DNA of 64,000 bases from Utricularia gibba (lineage: Eukaryota; Plantae; Magnoliophyta). Position 1 is the stretch's first letter. Each line of letters starts with the position of its first letter. Below are positions 36,801-50,019 of the stretch, in pieces. The DNA lies in contig NEEC01000012.1 of the NCBI GenBank assembly GCA_002189035.1, positions 2,914,001 through 2,978,000 on the forward strand, read 5' to 3'. Below the pieces are notes generated by a model that was not told the DNA's origin, ran no database searches, and saw only the letters and a program-made list of their open reading frames with translations. Both the position numbers and the translations under genes were made by a program.

Positions 36801-38959
36801 ATTCTTGTGCCTTTAAAACGAGAGAAAATTTCAACATATTCATAACAGGACGTGTCTTAAATGTCTGGTTTGCAAATAGAAAAAAACTAGGTATGCCTGC
36901 TACTTCACCATGCATATGCTGGTAAACAGGGAGCGTCAATTGGGTATTGACTAAATTTAACGGAATTTATTTTTATTTGTTTCCCTAAACTAATTTGCGA
37001 TGAATACTCAAGGTTAGTGTTGAGCAAAATTACAAAAAAAAAAGGTGTACTAGGATTACTCTACAGATCTCAACTTGCTTAAGTCATGACTTAGACATAG
37101 GAGAAGGTCATAAACAAATGGGCACATATTTGTGAACTCGTCTAGTCTGAGTAATGCCAGATATAAAGAAACCCGCACATTTTAGTACTCAATCAGCCAA
37201 GACAAGTTTAAACATCCAGTCGCTGCGTAGTTTTAGTCAAGGCAAGATTTCAGCCTACATTCCTAGATGCATGATATGAGAGGGTCATGCCACATGCCAA
37301 AATGACATTTTGATATTATACAAGAGATAAAAATGGCAGAAAGAATAAATAATACGATAAGGAGAATGACAATGTAAAGACTGGATTTTGTACCGGTCCT
37401 CCTATTACATCTCCTTGCAATGACTGAAATATCCAGGATATCTTTCCCAACAGCAGTTTGGAAGCTTTGGAAACCTGTAGGTCAACAGTTAAGGCCAGTT
37501 TCCAGATGAGGATGCTGATAATACTCATTATTTTCCCCTTTGTCAGAGGAAATAGGGGCATAAAAAGGATACTGCCTTGCACCACAGGAAGTATGTATGG
37601 GTCAAGCTGAAAGAAAAAAACAACACTGCATTATTACAGCATTAACAGTTGTACATAAGATGGCATATCTGCATGATTATTAAAGGTCTTAACCTTGTTA
37701 TCAATAAGAACTTCCAGCAAATAATTGTTCCAAAGAAACCGAGGGTCTGCCTGGGGAAACCATTTACAAACAAGGTAAGTAACATATTACTCAGTGAAAA
37801 TGTTGAAAGCAATTAATCTAGCATAAATACTTTGCCTACAGGAAATACTGTTGCAATGCTGTTTCAAGGTGATGCATAAAAAATGTCTTATTTTGAGACA
37901 ACATCTTACTACAAAATGATAAATACTCACTTGTCTCCAAATGGGAAGCAGCCTTGATTCATCACCCAGATCTTGCAGCGCTTGAACACTGCATAAAATC
38001 ATGCATAAAAAATACTGCTCTTTGTGTTGAATAACAAACACTCAACATTGGTATACCATATATGGAGAAAAACTCCACCTGCGCGTTATATTCACATCAT
38101 AGGAGAAGTAAAGACCATGAGTCTTCTCGGCAACTTTTAGCAAGTGAGAAAATTCTTTCTCCAGCTTTTTCTGTTCAGAAATTTTATAAGAACAGGTGAT
38201 CTCACAAACTCTAGTTGTCAATAACACCGTATGCTGGTACATCACTAAAAAGAAACCATCTGCAGGATACCTGTTCCTCAGGCGAATTCTTGAGAGAATG
38301 ATCACAGGCGAAAACCTTCATTGATATAATTTTGAAGATGGCGTGGCCCAGATAGGATCCCATACACTCACGCTCGGTTATCGCTAATAAATATGACCCT
38401 AGGAAGAAGAAATAGTACCCAATGAATAGAAAAACACCAGCTTATCCTAAATAAACACAATATCTGAACACACCTGAAGAGACCTACAAGATCGCACACA
38501 CGTTAACCAATGTAGCTTACATTAAAGACTGAGCCGGAAAACCATAATAAAAACTCAAATATCCTGATAAGAAGATTTGGAAGTCGAGCATTTTCCAAGC
38601 ATACACCAACAAGCAGCATATATAACAGATCGCAACATCACGAACTTACCTGCCAAAAGCTTTAGCATTCCCACGAACCCATAAATGGTTTGAATCTTGG
38701 GGACACGAAGGGAGTCGCATTTTGGTATTTCATCTAGTCATCAACGAAACGATGCTTTCAAAAAATCAGGATAATAATAACAAAGCCCAAATATATCGAA
38801 ATCAAAATTACCGATGAGATTCATCGAGCCATCAAGGCGACTGATAGCCAAAACAGAAGCAGAGGATCCATCTGTTGGCTCCACAACGTATTGGTCCGGA
38901 AACTCCCACAACCGCATTTTGTTACACAACTTCATAGCAGGATCGGCCTTGTCCACCAT
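33877..38959 (-). CDS. SAC7: SAC-domain phosphoinositide phosphatase (SAC6/SAC7/RHD4-like)
   Basis: [71 protein letters not shown] catalytic motif (about 35230-35290), C-terminal [12 protein letters not shown]. Confidence 0.92.
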
Positions 38960-39807
38960 CGTGGTCGCGAAGAAGACTGGAAACCAAATGGGAAGCACAA
39001 GAACAGGCTAAACAAAAAAATCAATTCCTGTTCACATACAAAATAGCAACACAGAGATATCAGTCTTAAGAAAGGGAGGAGGAGCAGAAGAAATGTGGGC
39101 GATCCAGATTAATTAACGAAAAGATCCCGAATCTCGAAACAGGGAACCTGTAGGATACAAATGGTAGGAAGCCGAGCACTTTCAGGCGTGCGATTAGCGC
39201 AGGTGATATGAAGAGCAGAACGAATACCGAAAAGCACACGTGTACGCACCTATTGGCGCGGAGATCCTTGCAATCGGTAGGTATTGTCAACGGCCAAACA
39301 ACCGGCTACCTTCTCTCTCTACACAACAGCTATGGCGGAATCCGATTCAACTGAAAACCGGAGTTTTACTTCTTGATTTTTTTTAATCTATTTTTTATAT
39401 CTTGATTTTTTTTGTAACGGATTTAATCCATTATTGTAAAATATTATGAAAAAAAATAAAAATAATTATTTGAATTTTCCAATTTTTTTTATAAAAATTA
39501 TTTAATTGAATCCAAAAATAAAAATAAAAATTTGAAAGGAAAAAGACAGAGAAACTCATTGGCTGTAAGCATTTCTATTACAGAACGCAGTTAGATTACA
39601 ACAAGTTAGAGCAGAACAGTACAAGAAGGTTGACAGTAAGAAGAGAGCGGGCTCTGTTGGTTAAGGTGGAAAAATCGTGTCTTTGGAGCTGATCCTGAAA
39701 CAGGAAGGAGACCCAAGTAAGCAGATGTTGGCTTATAGTATCCTTGCAGGAAATCCGAGGTAGAATCCGTGGAAAGAACCTGAATTCCTGAGAATGTGAA
39801 CTTGGGG

Positions 39808-41355
39808 TCATGCTTTGTATTCATGGACACGCAGCCATTTTGGGGCTGACCATTTGGTTCCTCTGATAACGGGCAGGCACCTGAAAAGGGTCCAGAGTCA
39901 TGCATATAACAGAGATCCCAGATGGAAGAAATGCTTCGTATGAATGTGAGAATTCGGCAACAGAAGGTTGGAATCAACCCCAGTAACTTGAAAACTGACC
40001 GTGGAGACTTAGTGGATCTAGAGTTGCGTCAGGCTTCATGCTCCAGAAAAGGACTGCATCGCCCATTTTTGGCTTCACGGAGAGGCCCCCTTTACCACAC
40101 TGAGAGAGCTCGTTCCACCAAGGGACAGCACTGACGTTCCCCTTGGCTGAAGGGAATACTGTTTCTCCGCCTTCTTCTACGTCTGATCTGTGGATCATGT
40201 GAATGAGTTTAGGTTTTGTTCTTTCACTTGGGGGTTCCAGAAGGCGATCACTTACAAGTACATGAGGACAGTGGCCATGCGTTGGCCACCATTCTTAGTG
40301 TTGTATTCGTCGTTGAAATAGTCGAAGTGAGGCTCGTAGTTCTGTCCTTCCTGGTAACGGAGGATTTGGAGACCTTCTCCATGCTCTGGAAATTAATGGA
40401 ATATGAGATTATGCAACTTCATAGCAATGACATAAGCAAATGAAAGCAATGGCAATTTAGTTTCTTCTGATGCATACCTACTGGTATGAAGGTGAAATCT
40501 GCGATTCTTTTCTCTATTCTTTGAACAACTTTATCTTGCCCTCTAGCAAGAAATGTTCCAGAACTTGTGCGAACACTTCAAGAAGCGATAATTGTTCAAT
40601 ATAATAAAAGTCTGTTGTTTAAGGCAAACAAGAAGGGAAAAAAGTTATGGCCTACCCACTGTCCATGCTTTCTCCAGTATCACTATTAACGACTTTCGAC
40701 TTGTGCATTTGTGGCTCAGCAAGATTTATAAGGTATTCACATTCTTGTTTTGACTGACAAGAAAAGATACAGAGAGTTCAAGCAAGCTGTTAATCCCAAG
40801 TTTCAACTTTTGGTAAACGAATCTGATTCTGGTAAACGAATGTTACCAGGAAGTTGTGAAAGAGGGAAGCTCTAGGTTCCCAAGAGATGACTTCAACCCA
40901 CCGGTTCTTGGTATTCTCATCTTCCTCATCTCTGCAACAGTCAACAATAAAAAACCCATCTCTGCAAACTTATGAAAAGTAGAAGTGTACGTTCCACATA
41001 CTGATGAATTGACTCGTGGACGACGGAGTGGCGATCAACTGCGTGCTGAGGATCCCGATAATTTGTCCTGTTACGGCATCAAAAAATCAAGATCCGGGTC
41101 TGGAAACTCAAGAAAAGCAGAAGCCTGTTACCACAAATCGGTTCTTTCAACTTACAGATGAACTGAATCGTGGACAATGGAGGTGAGATCATGTACTTGT
41201 TGGGAACCCGCATTTTTCCGGCTGGGCACAGGAAGTATTCCAAGAGAAAGAAACGTGGCTACGAACAATGACAGCATCATGAAGCCGTAAAGTGATGTGA
41301 AAGACAGCATACGCCTCGCATTCTTCAAGTGAACCTGCTTATCCTTCACCGCCAT
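39808..41355 (-). CDS. P4H: Prolyl 4-hydroxylase (2OG-Fe(II) dioxygenase, type II membrane), one apparent frameshift
   Basis: N-terminal transmembrane segment, ISWEPRA, EHGEGLQIL, GGQRMATVLMYL|SDVEEGGETVFP, LFWSMKPDA. The last exon reads GACPVIRGTKWSAPKWLRVHEYKA* if G3 at 39871-39873 is G4. Confidence 0.92.
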
Positions 41356-41558
41356 GGCGAATCAAAAGAAATGCTGAAGCGATCTGGAATTCAATTGAGA
41401 AAATGGGGAGATTCGTTGGTCATTTATTGACGCATACGTGCTCGTAGGTCAATCCATTTGCATCCCTCGTTTCGTCCTAAATCCAGGTTCTATTTCCTGT
41501 GTGCTTGAACCCAAACCGCTGTTTCGGTCCCCGGTTTCTCTCCGCCGCCTGCATCTCC

Positions 41559-41585
41559 AAAAAAAAAAAAAAAAAAAAAAAAAAA
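41559..41585. repeat. A27 homopolymer in the divergent spacer between P4H and the microprotein candidate
   Basis: Direct count of the A run. Confidence 0.9.
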
Positions 41586-41799
41586 CTGTTCTTGATTCAC
41601 CGTAGCTTCAACGGCGACTGGTTCTGCCATACTCGCAAGGAAACTCGAAACCCAAATGTCTAATGAGATATTTATTCTTCGTCTTTAGGCTGAAAAATAT
41701 CTACTCTCATATCTAATCAGAAAAAGGTAAATCCTAGGGCCTCTCCGTGATATTTTTTGGACGTTGGCTCCGGCGTTGATCATCGAACCAGGAGCAAAT

Positions 41800-42204
41800 A
41801 TGGTTTCTTGGCCTATGGGTTTACGGATACCCTTCTCATTTCCCCCCAGAGTCTTGCTCGTCGACGCCACCGCTGTTATTCATAGGGATATGCGCGTCTT
41901 CTTCTTCTTCCTCATGGTTTGGTGTTTCATCAAACTGACTGCTTTCAAATCTGGTTGCTGTCCTGACTGGAACTTCTGTATCCGTAGTTTATCCTGATCC
42001 TGCTGTTTGGTAAGAGGCAAGAGGAATATACTTCTGGTCCTGTGGAGATGGTTACATGTTGCTATCCAAGTTGCAGTGCACCAAGTTGTGGTTTGCTGTT
42101 TGTAAGTGGATGAAAAGTAAAGCCAGTTAATATTAGATGATATCTCTTGTGTGATGCAGTGGGCGCGTTAGTGTGTTTAATTGCAGGACTGGAGTACTGA
42201 GTAG
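41800..42204 (+). CDS. Candidate 82-aa single-pass membrane, Cys-rich microprotein (not recognised)
   Basis: Exons 41800-41916, 41988-42101, 42187-42204 with two phase-0 GT-AG introns (71 and 85 nt). The hydrophobic run VFFFFLM|FILILLF forms across the first junction, followed by GKRQEE and CCYPSCSAPSC. Ends in TAG-TAA. Confidence 0.5.
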
Positions 42205-42865
42205 TAAGGGAACAGAAGGGGCTTCTGAGAGTGATCTGTCTGGCGCTGTTATATGGTCAATCAGCTCCAGTGATGTCATCCGTTAAAATACTTCGTTTTT
42301 TCACATTCATTCTTCTTTAGATGGTGCTGTTGATGAGGTCGGGGATGGGGTAAAATGGTGCTAGAAAATAGCAGGAAAAGATTGTGAAAGTGGCAGTTAA
42401 AAAACATGCGAATGTTGATGATATCGAAGGCAATGGTGCTGGCTGTTGTGCAATATGTAATGTGATGGCTCTCTTCCCTAAACATTGCATTGTCTGCGCA
42501 AGTTTTTGATGATCCCTTTTTCCTTTGATTCCGCTGCTTTCTCTCCATTTTTATGTCATTTGGAGAACAAACTCACTTTTTAATGCTTCTGAAGGATACC
42601 TCTTTTTTTTTTTTTCTCATAACCAGGACTTTCTGTTGGGAGAATCCCGCACATTACAACCACATGTTTCATTTGTCTAGCCTTTATCCTTGTCTGGTGG
42701 GGCACAACTTTTGCCCCTTGTAATATTTGCTTATGCATCTCATGTGAAGCAGAATTTCATGAAACATCAATACAGCCATCTGTTCTAGAGCTTTACTTTT
42801 AGTTTGATTCCGGCTTTCTGTGTTGCAATTTCAGACATTGTCTCCATGTGTTACAAGATAATGAG

Positions 42866-43376
42866 CTAGGAAGGAGTATATGGTGGGAAGAAATCCAATC
42901 TACTTCTGATGCGCAGGAAATTATCATCATGAATCAACGGGTTATCTGTTCTTCCAGGTGGGGATCCCAGCCACTCCGGCGAGCATTTGCTGCAACCTTC
43001 CACCACCTTCATCCATGGGAGGACCAAGATTCACAGCCATATGTTGCTCATAACCAGAAGGTACTACTAACTAACTTCTACTTACCTTCTCAGCACCGAT
43101 CATCTCAACAATTCCTCCATTTCCATCATCAGCCATTTGCCTGCATTCAAACCGAGACATCCACATTAAAAAAAACACAAGTACAGACAGCATTAGCATT
43201 TTTGACTGAATGACAGAATACAGATGCCTGTGGCATTGGTGGGAATGATTGAAGAGTTGCTCCGGTAAGGCGGACCGGAGACGGTGCGGCTTCGGACAGA
43301 TCAGTGAGCCATAGCTGTTGTTGCTGGGCTTGTCTTTGGAGGTGGAGCTCTTGATGGATGAGCCATTTACAGACAT
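42866..43376 (-). CDS. Conserved plant small protein of unknown function (CPKP-x-R and GSPP-x-R-x-x-NPL motifs), 116 aa
   Basis: Exons 43376-43222, 43140-43086, 43006-42866 splice in frame: LICPKPHRL ... GGIVEMIGAEK|... WLGSPPGRTDNPLIHDDNF. CT-rich 5' UTR upstream. Confidence 0.8.
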
Positions 43377-44654
43377 GGTGTTTTTGTGTGAAGCAACTGC
43401 AAATGTAGCAGGAGGTGAGTAGATATAGAGAAACAGAGAGAGAAAGAAAGAGAGGCATGTTGTTTGTGAGGGAGTGGAATCAGTTGCCCTCCTTTCTCTC
43501 TATTTCTCAGCTTACCTACTTTTCATTTCCACCATCAGATTCACCTCCTCCTCTGCACAGCCAAAAGATGGTTTTAGTTGTATTCATTTTCATTCAGTGC
43601 AGGTGGCTTTTTCCAATAATAAATACAAATATTATTTATTACTAAAAATGTAATTAATGTTTATTTAGCATGCAATTAAATGTAGCAAATTATTAGGATA
43701 ACTGTCTGATTATTACCAAACCACCGACAAGGGATAATAACGGCTCAACATTCCGGTTACAAGTATGAATGACGATTTCGCTTCACGCCCAAGAAGCAAC
43801 TGCACAGCTCTGTTTGTTTTACACCTGAGCTCGCAGGACGCGCTCGTTTTATCGCTTAGATTTGCGTTTCGATGCATCAAGCCTGAGGATTGCAACTGGC
43901 AATCCCAACAAAGTTTCTTGTCTGCGTGCATTCCGGGTACGTCACTTAGGTTTTCGATTTATTACAGATTGTTGTTACTTGGGAATCGCGGATTGTTTGA
44001 TTGCATGAAATTTTGGGAGTTGATTCAAATTGCGTTGTTGTTCAGCTATTAAACGGATGTGATTTTCTTGTTTAGGATTTATCATGAGTTTTCAGCCAAT
44101 GTTTTCAAGATTTTGCTCGTTATGCTTCTTCAATTTCTCATGCTAGTCGTATACGGATGCTGCAGTTATGTTCTTGAAGTACCATTGATGATACTTGGGT
44201 TTTTTTTTTTCTAGTGAGTAGCCAGTGTTATTAGATCGGGGCTTAGTCTCAACAAGTTCCACCAGATTTGTAGAACGGATTGTCCTCTCTTATCCCATGT
44301 ATGCCATTTGGGGTTCTGATTTTTAATTTCTATTGATTTTACGTTCATGTCTTAGAAGCATTACTGTTTCTAGATGTTGATAGACTTCTGGCTACAGGTG
44401 TAAAACAAAAAGAGAGAGTATCAGTATTGACGTCTTGTCACCAAGTTGAAGTACGTTTATTCTGCTATGTTACTCAAAAGAACACGGAAAAATTAGAAAA
44501 GGGTCTAACAATTTAAAAAACTAATTGATATTTGGGATAGTATTGGAAGGCTTATTTGCATTTTCTGGAAATCTAATGTTCATTGCACCTAACTGCATTC
44601 ATTCCTTTTGATATCTTATGTGCAGTTTGAATCCCCAATCAAATCCTTGAAATC

Positions 44655-46971
44655 ATGTCAATTGTGACGGGGGATCACTACCTAGAATCATTGGTCAAAT
44701 TCGTTGAAAGTCAAGCTGAAAGCTTGATTGAGGGGTCACTTGTCTTGAAACTGAATCCTGTGGGTCTGCGTTATGTGCAATCTAGGCTACAGGCGTTGCA
44801 GGAGCTCGAGAGTTTGTTGGTTGGTGCTCCTGTGGATTATCTGAGGGCCTATATTTCCGATTTAGGTGATCACCGGGCACTCGAGCAGTTACGGAAGATA
44901 CTTCACTTGCTTCCATCACTGAAGGTGGTCGTGTTGCCTCCTCCACTAGGAAGGGATCCAACGCCATTGAATTTTCTTTCATTTTCTAGGTTGAAAGTTT
45001 TGGAGTTACGTGGGTGTGATTTATCCACTTCAGCAGCCAAGGGATTGCTTGAGCTCAGGTTTACACTTGAAAAATTTATATGCCTCAACTCAACTGTAAG
45101 CTAATCAATCTGTGTTGCCTCGTGCGCTTGAAATTATAGGCTGTAGGTTGGGACTTATTATTCTACTACTCCATTGTTTATTCTTGCACAGGATGCACTT
45201 CGGCATGTATTTGCTAGCAGAGTTGTGGATGTTAAAGATTCACCCCAGTGGAAACGTTTATCCTCTGTGTCATGTGCATGTAATGGCTTGGTGCTCATGG
45301 ATGATTCGTTGCAGCTAATTCCTGCAGTTGAGTTCCTTGATATTAGTCGTAACAAGTTCACAAAGGTGGATAATCTTAGTAAGTGTACGAAGTTGAAGGA
45401 TTTAGATTTGGGATTCAATAGCCTGAGAAGCATCTCGTCATTTCCTGAGGTATCCAACATTTGTTTAGAGAGCATGGGATTGTTGATGAATCATATTTTT
45501 TTTTCATGATTTTTAATATCTGAAACGCTGGTATCATCCTTGTTCAGGCATGCTGTCAGATTGTCAAGCTTGTCCTCAGGAACAATGCTTTAATGTCTTT
45601 GTGTGGCATCGAGAACTTGAAGTCTTTGCAAGATCTGGATCTCTCCTACAATATTATTTCAAGCTTCCCCGCAATAGAGTGTCTTTCTGGCCTCGTGGCT
45701 CTTCAGAATTTGTGGTTAGAAGGAAATCCTATATGCTATGCGAGATGGTATCGTGCCCACTTATTTAGTATGTTTCCGCACCCGAGTCAAGTAAGTGGTA
45801 ACTCTCTAGTTTACTTTATCTTTTAGTGCTACTACTCAGAATATGTCATAAAGTTTTTGGAAGCGCCCTTCTTCCTTTTTCTTTTCTACTCATTACTAAT
45901 CTAAACTCCTATATAATTTTATGCTTTCCAGCTGAAACTGGATGAGAAGAAAATCTCTTCAACTGAGTTTTGGAAGCGTAATATTATAATTGCCAGCCGT
46001 AGGAAACAGCCAGCAAATTTTGGGTTTTATTCACTTCCTGCAGATGATGATTCCCTTCCTACAGATGATGCTGATGCAGGAGGTGTAAACACAAAAAGAG
46101 TACGAAAACCTTGTCATTGTAGCTGCCTTAAATTTTGTGTTCATTTTGAATAGTCACTGACTTCCTCACTCACTTGCAGAAGCGAACCACTCGTCTTGCT
46201 AGTATTAAAAATGGTGAGCATAATGATTCTGATCAGGATTCATTGGCTTCCGATCCTGAAACCAAATATCCAGATGAGAATGCTGATGCCCATGAAGACG
46301 CTGAAATACAAGATCTGATGAAAAGAATTGAATTCCTGAAGAAGGATGATTCTGTTTCATGGTTAAAAGAATTCAAGGAATGGATGAATGACAGATCTCA
46401 ACCTGCAGTTGGTGGTAATCAATGTGCACACTCTCAGCACCAGAATACTCAGGAGTCTTTTCAGGATAACACAAAAAATGCTGAGACGAGCGTGGAGACC
46501 TCTAGATGCATACCTGATTTCACTCCTCCCGGAGACCCCAGTGGTACATTAAATCTTGATCCGGGTACTTCTTTTGGTGATGCATCATCACCAGTTGGTA
46601 GTGCCCACCACTGGGTAGATCAAACTGGTGAAGCTACCGCAAGATCTCTTCTTGGTCATGGTGGAAGTCACAGTTCTATTTCCAAAGAACACCATGCCGG
46701 TAATCCAAGCTCCACTCTGCAAGATGACAGCGGCAGTGGCCCTACTGCTTCTCCTGTGGATCCCAGAAGTCTGGTATCCTTACCAACTGCGATGTATAAC
46801 ATCATCACCCCTCGACCACTGTCTGCAAGCCCAGGATCTCCACCCCATTATCAGAAGGATATTCTTCACCAGCGAACCAACTTTGAGGAAGAATTCATGC
46901 AGCTCTCCGCTGATTCCTTTCCTGTAGCATCCTCAGACAGCAGTTCAAGCTGCAGTGATGATGATCTGTGA
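44655..46971 (+). CDS. STK11IP-like / outer-arm-dynein-light-chain-type LRR protein (633 aa)
   Basis: Five in-frame exons (44655-45095, 45192-45449, 45548-45790, 45932-46099, 46180-46971). MSIVTGDHYL, LKLNPVGLRYVQSRL, LRR units LDLSYNIISS, WLEGNPIC, WLKEFKEWM. Confidence 0.88.
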
Positions 46972-47488
46972 GAATCTGGACAAGGGTCTGTTGCGGCGGG
47001 TTCATATGACACCAGGAAAATGCAGCATGGAAGCACCTCATCGTTCAGGCACATTGGGCCGCGTTCATGAAGCCCTCAGGAGGGTAGCAGCAGCATCAGC
47101 ATTGTAGCCTCCACATTCCATACTCCATAGTCCATACCAGAACCACAGTGTTGTAAAATCCTGTATAGTTGTGTTGCATATTATGACTATGTGATATAGC
47201 GGTTCGAAAATCGTTTATCAATTATATTCAATTTTTAAATATTGGAAATCATAAATCAATTATAAATAATATTTATACAGTGAAAATAAAAAATATTAGA
47301 AATTAATATTAGATTAGTCAAAAATTGAGAATTAATTATATACCATACGTCAAAATTTAATAATAAAATATGTGAATGTTGACTAATTATAATATTTTTA
47401 TTAAATATTTGCGACTTGAACTTCCAGCAAAAAGTCGTATCTGATAAATTGAACTTGCGTCACAAGTCATGACCCCAAGTCCCCAAGA

Positions 47489-49477
47489 ATGGCGGAGAAT
47501 CCGAAGGGAACAGAGGATCGGAGGATTGATGTTCATCGCATGGAGTCGGATTCCTTGTCTTCTTCTACAGCAAGCATCTCGTCATTGCGGTGGAAAATTC
47601 TCCGTCGCGCCATCTCCAATCGTGGTGAATTCCATTCCGGTAGGTTTTCGTGAGTTCATTTGCGAGAGTTTTTTTTTTTTTTTTTCACTCCAGCACGTGT
47701 TGTGTCCAATTCGAGAATGTTGTTGTTTTTAATTGATGGAAGTTTTTTTGTGAAGCGAGCAGTTTTGATAAAATTTCGAGAAGAACCAGGAATGGGTTTT
47801 GCTTGATTCCGTGCCACTTGGTGAGTGACGTTGGGGAAAGTTCGGAATATCGGGTGGAGGAGGATGTATGCTCTTGCTACACTTTACCTCTACCTAGTGA
47901 GCCCAGACTTTTATTGCGGTAAGTTTGGAGTGCAGATTCTTGATTCAAACCTTAGCATTTCATTTCTAGTTCAAGCATCCTGTCTTTCAAGCATGTTTCT
48001 TTTCTGTGTTTGCCTGTGATGCTGATCTCCGTCAGCCTTTTTAATCTTTTGTATTATTTGGTTGCTTGTTTGCGTATGGGCGGTTTATGCGTCTTGCCCC
48101 TTGTTCCAGTCATAGATTGGATACTCGTGCTGCTCTCCGTGATTTTGAAGCCTGTAACCAATTCAACATTGACAGCACGGGACTTGTCTGTAAGCTGTAA
48201 CAAAGATGGTTTATGCTTATTCGTGTTGCCTTTGCATTTCTCTAGTAATCTCTCATTGGAATCTTGAGAGATAGATCCGTTTTGAGATCATTATGGATTT
48301 TTGGTATTAGTACATTCTGAAAATTTGCTAGCAATCTAAGCACATCAACTTTATTTATGCTTCTAGATCCCATAGTATGTGCTCCCATAAAAGCTGGTAG
48401 TTTCGCCCATGAATGCTTGTTTTGACGGACGCCTTTTAATGAGTTTTGCATCAACAAAGATTTATCTACTGAACCTTCAATTTCTGTTCTTCTTGTCCAG
48501 GTCTTTGGCCTTCAGAAGAGGTGCTCGCCTATTATTCATTAACGCATCGTGAAAATTTCAGGTTTTTTCTAATCAGTTTGCAGTTTCACTTTGCACACAT
48601 GCATTCTGAGTTTGACACCTGCGTATTGGGTACACCCTCATTGTTATTGATACGTTGTAGGGGTAAAAGGATAATAGAACTTGGATCAGGCTATGGCTTG
48701 GCTGGTTTAGTCATCGCCATGGTTGGGGAACCATCTGAAGTTGTGATATCCGATGGCAATCCTCGGGTGGTTAATTGTATCCTCTTACTCTTACATTTTC
48801 AGAAGCCAAAACTTGGGGAGAGAGAGAGAGAAGTGCCAAATTTTTTGAATCATGAGTCATGTGTTATTGCTTAAAAGAAATTATGCGTAAACTGAAAAAA
48901 AAAAGCTAGTTTCGGTGCCATTTCATTGCCATGTTCAATCTTTAACTATCAGATATACAAAGCAGCATAGAAACCAACTCTGCATCCTTTGGCAGCACAA
49001 AAGTGACTTCAAAGGTACTTCATTGGACATGCATCATACCCTGGATGCAATGGGGACCTTTGACATCATTGTTGCAAGCGACTGGTAATTATACTGCCTT
49101 CATTCTCTTGTTGATGATGAGGCTGGCTATCCATCCATTGGTGCCTGCCCGTTTTCCCTTTATACCAATTTCCTCACACTAGCTAGTGCTCGTGCAGCAT
49201 CTTCTTCAAGGAATTCCACAAAGCCTTGGTGCAAACAATCAGGTCATTGCTGAGAAAAGATGGTTCCTCCCAAGCCATGCTGTTCAGCCCCAGAAGGGGT
49301 GATTCATTGGACAAGTTTTTGATCGAAGCAACAGATGCCGGTTTACACTCCTCTGTAACAGAGGTGTACGATGCAGAAATCTGGAGGCAGCACAAGCGCT
49401 TCTGCGACGGGGACACCTCCTGGCCCAACTACGAGCCAGGTCATTGCTACCCTCTCTTGGTCACCATTACAATCTGA
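47489..49477 (+). CDS. CAMKMT: Calmodulin-lysine N-methyltransferase, one apparent frameshift
   Basis: SLRWKILRRA, NIDSTGLV|CLWPSEEVLAY, GKRIIELGSGYGLAGL, ISDGNP, FDIIVASDC, FSPRRGDSLDKF. G2 at 49025-49026 needs to be G3 (LHWDMHH). A second in-frame ATG is at 47540. Confidence 0.9.
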
Positions 49478-50019
49478 TATGCTTTGCTCCTTCACTGACT
49501 TCATGTTGCTTTGAATTCTGAACACAAAAGCGGAGTCAAATCTGTGAAACTCATGTATCTGCTCTTAGATTGGATGATGCCAGAGTCACAGTTGCAATGC
49601 TTTTTCAGCTGGTGATTAGTTTAACTGCTCTCTTTGAAGTGATTGAATATGATATAGTGACCGTTTTGAAATGGGCTTGTGGCGGTTGACCCAAATATCG
49701 CTTCTATTTTTTTGGATCATTTATAAATGAAATTGTATTTTAAAATGATTAGTAGAACATTAAAAATTATTAAATCATAGATATATTTATATTTTTAAGT
49801 GTATGTGCACTAATAAGTTCTTAATTCACTATCCTTAAATAACTAAAAAACAAAAAAGAAGGCCAGGTCAAGAGAAAAACAGGGATTGGAGTATTCCACA
49901 AACCCTGCGTTGGTTTTTCTGCGTCTCAGGCTTCTGAAGGAGATCCACAGCGTGGCGCAAGAAGCGAGGGTTCTTTGCGTGTCATTTTTGGCTTATCGTC
50001 TTGGCATTGCCGTTTACAA

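Noticed and set aside
41460-41585. Poly(A) tract as a SINE or retrocopy tail
   Set aside because: No tRNA-like A/B boxes, target duplication or upstream coding remnant.
42100-42600. Box C/D snoRNA cluster (several TGATGA and CTGA)
   Set aside because: No properly spaced C/D pair with a terminal stem or recognisable rRNA antisense element; a spliced protein-coding model fits better.
46034-46075. 21-bp coding tandem duplication (LPADDDS/LPTDDAD)
   Set aside because: Real, but a minor in-frame event in a disordered linker.
47069-47092. miR390-like sequence aagccctcaggagggtagc
   Set aside because: Needs indels to match and has no hairpin partner.
9521-49477. Three SAM-dependent methyltransferase-family genes in one window as a cluster
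   Set aside because: Unrelated substrates and families, widely spaced; consistent with chance.
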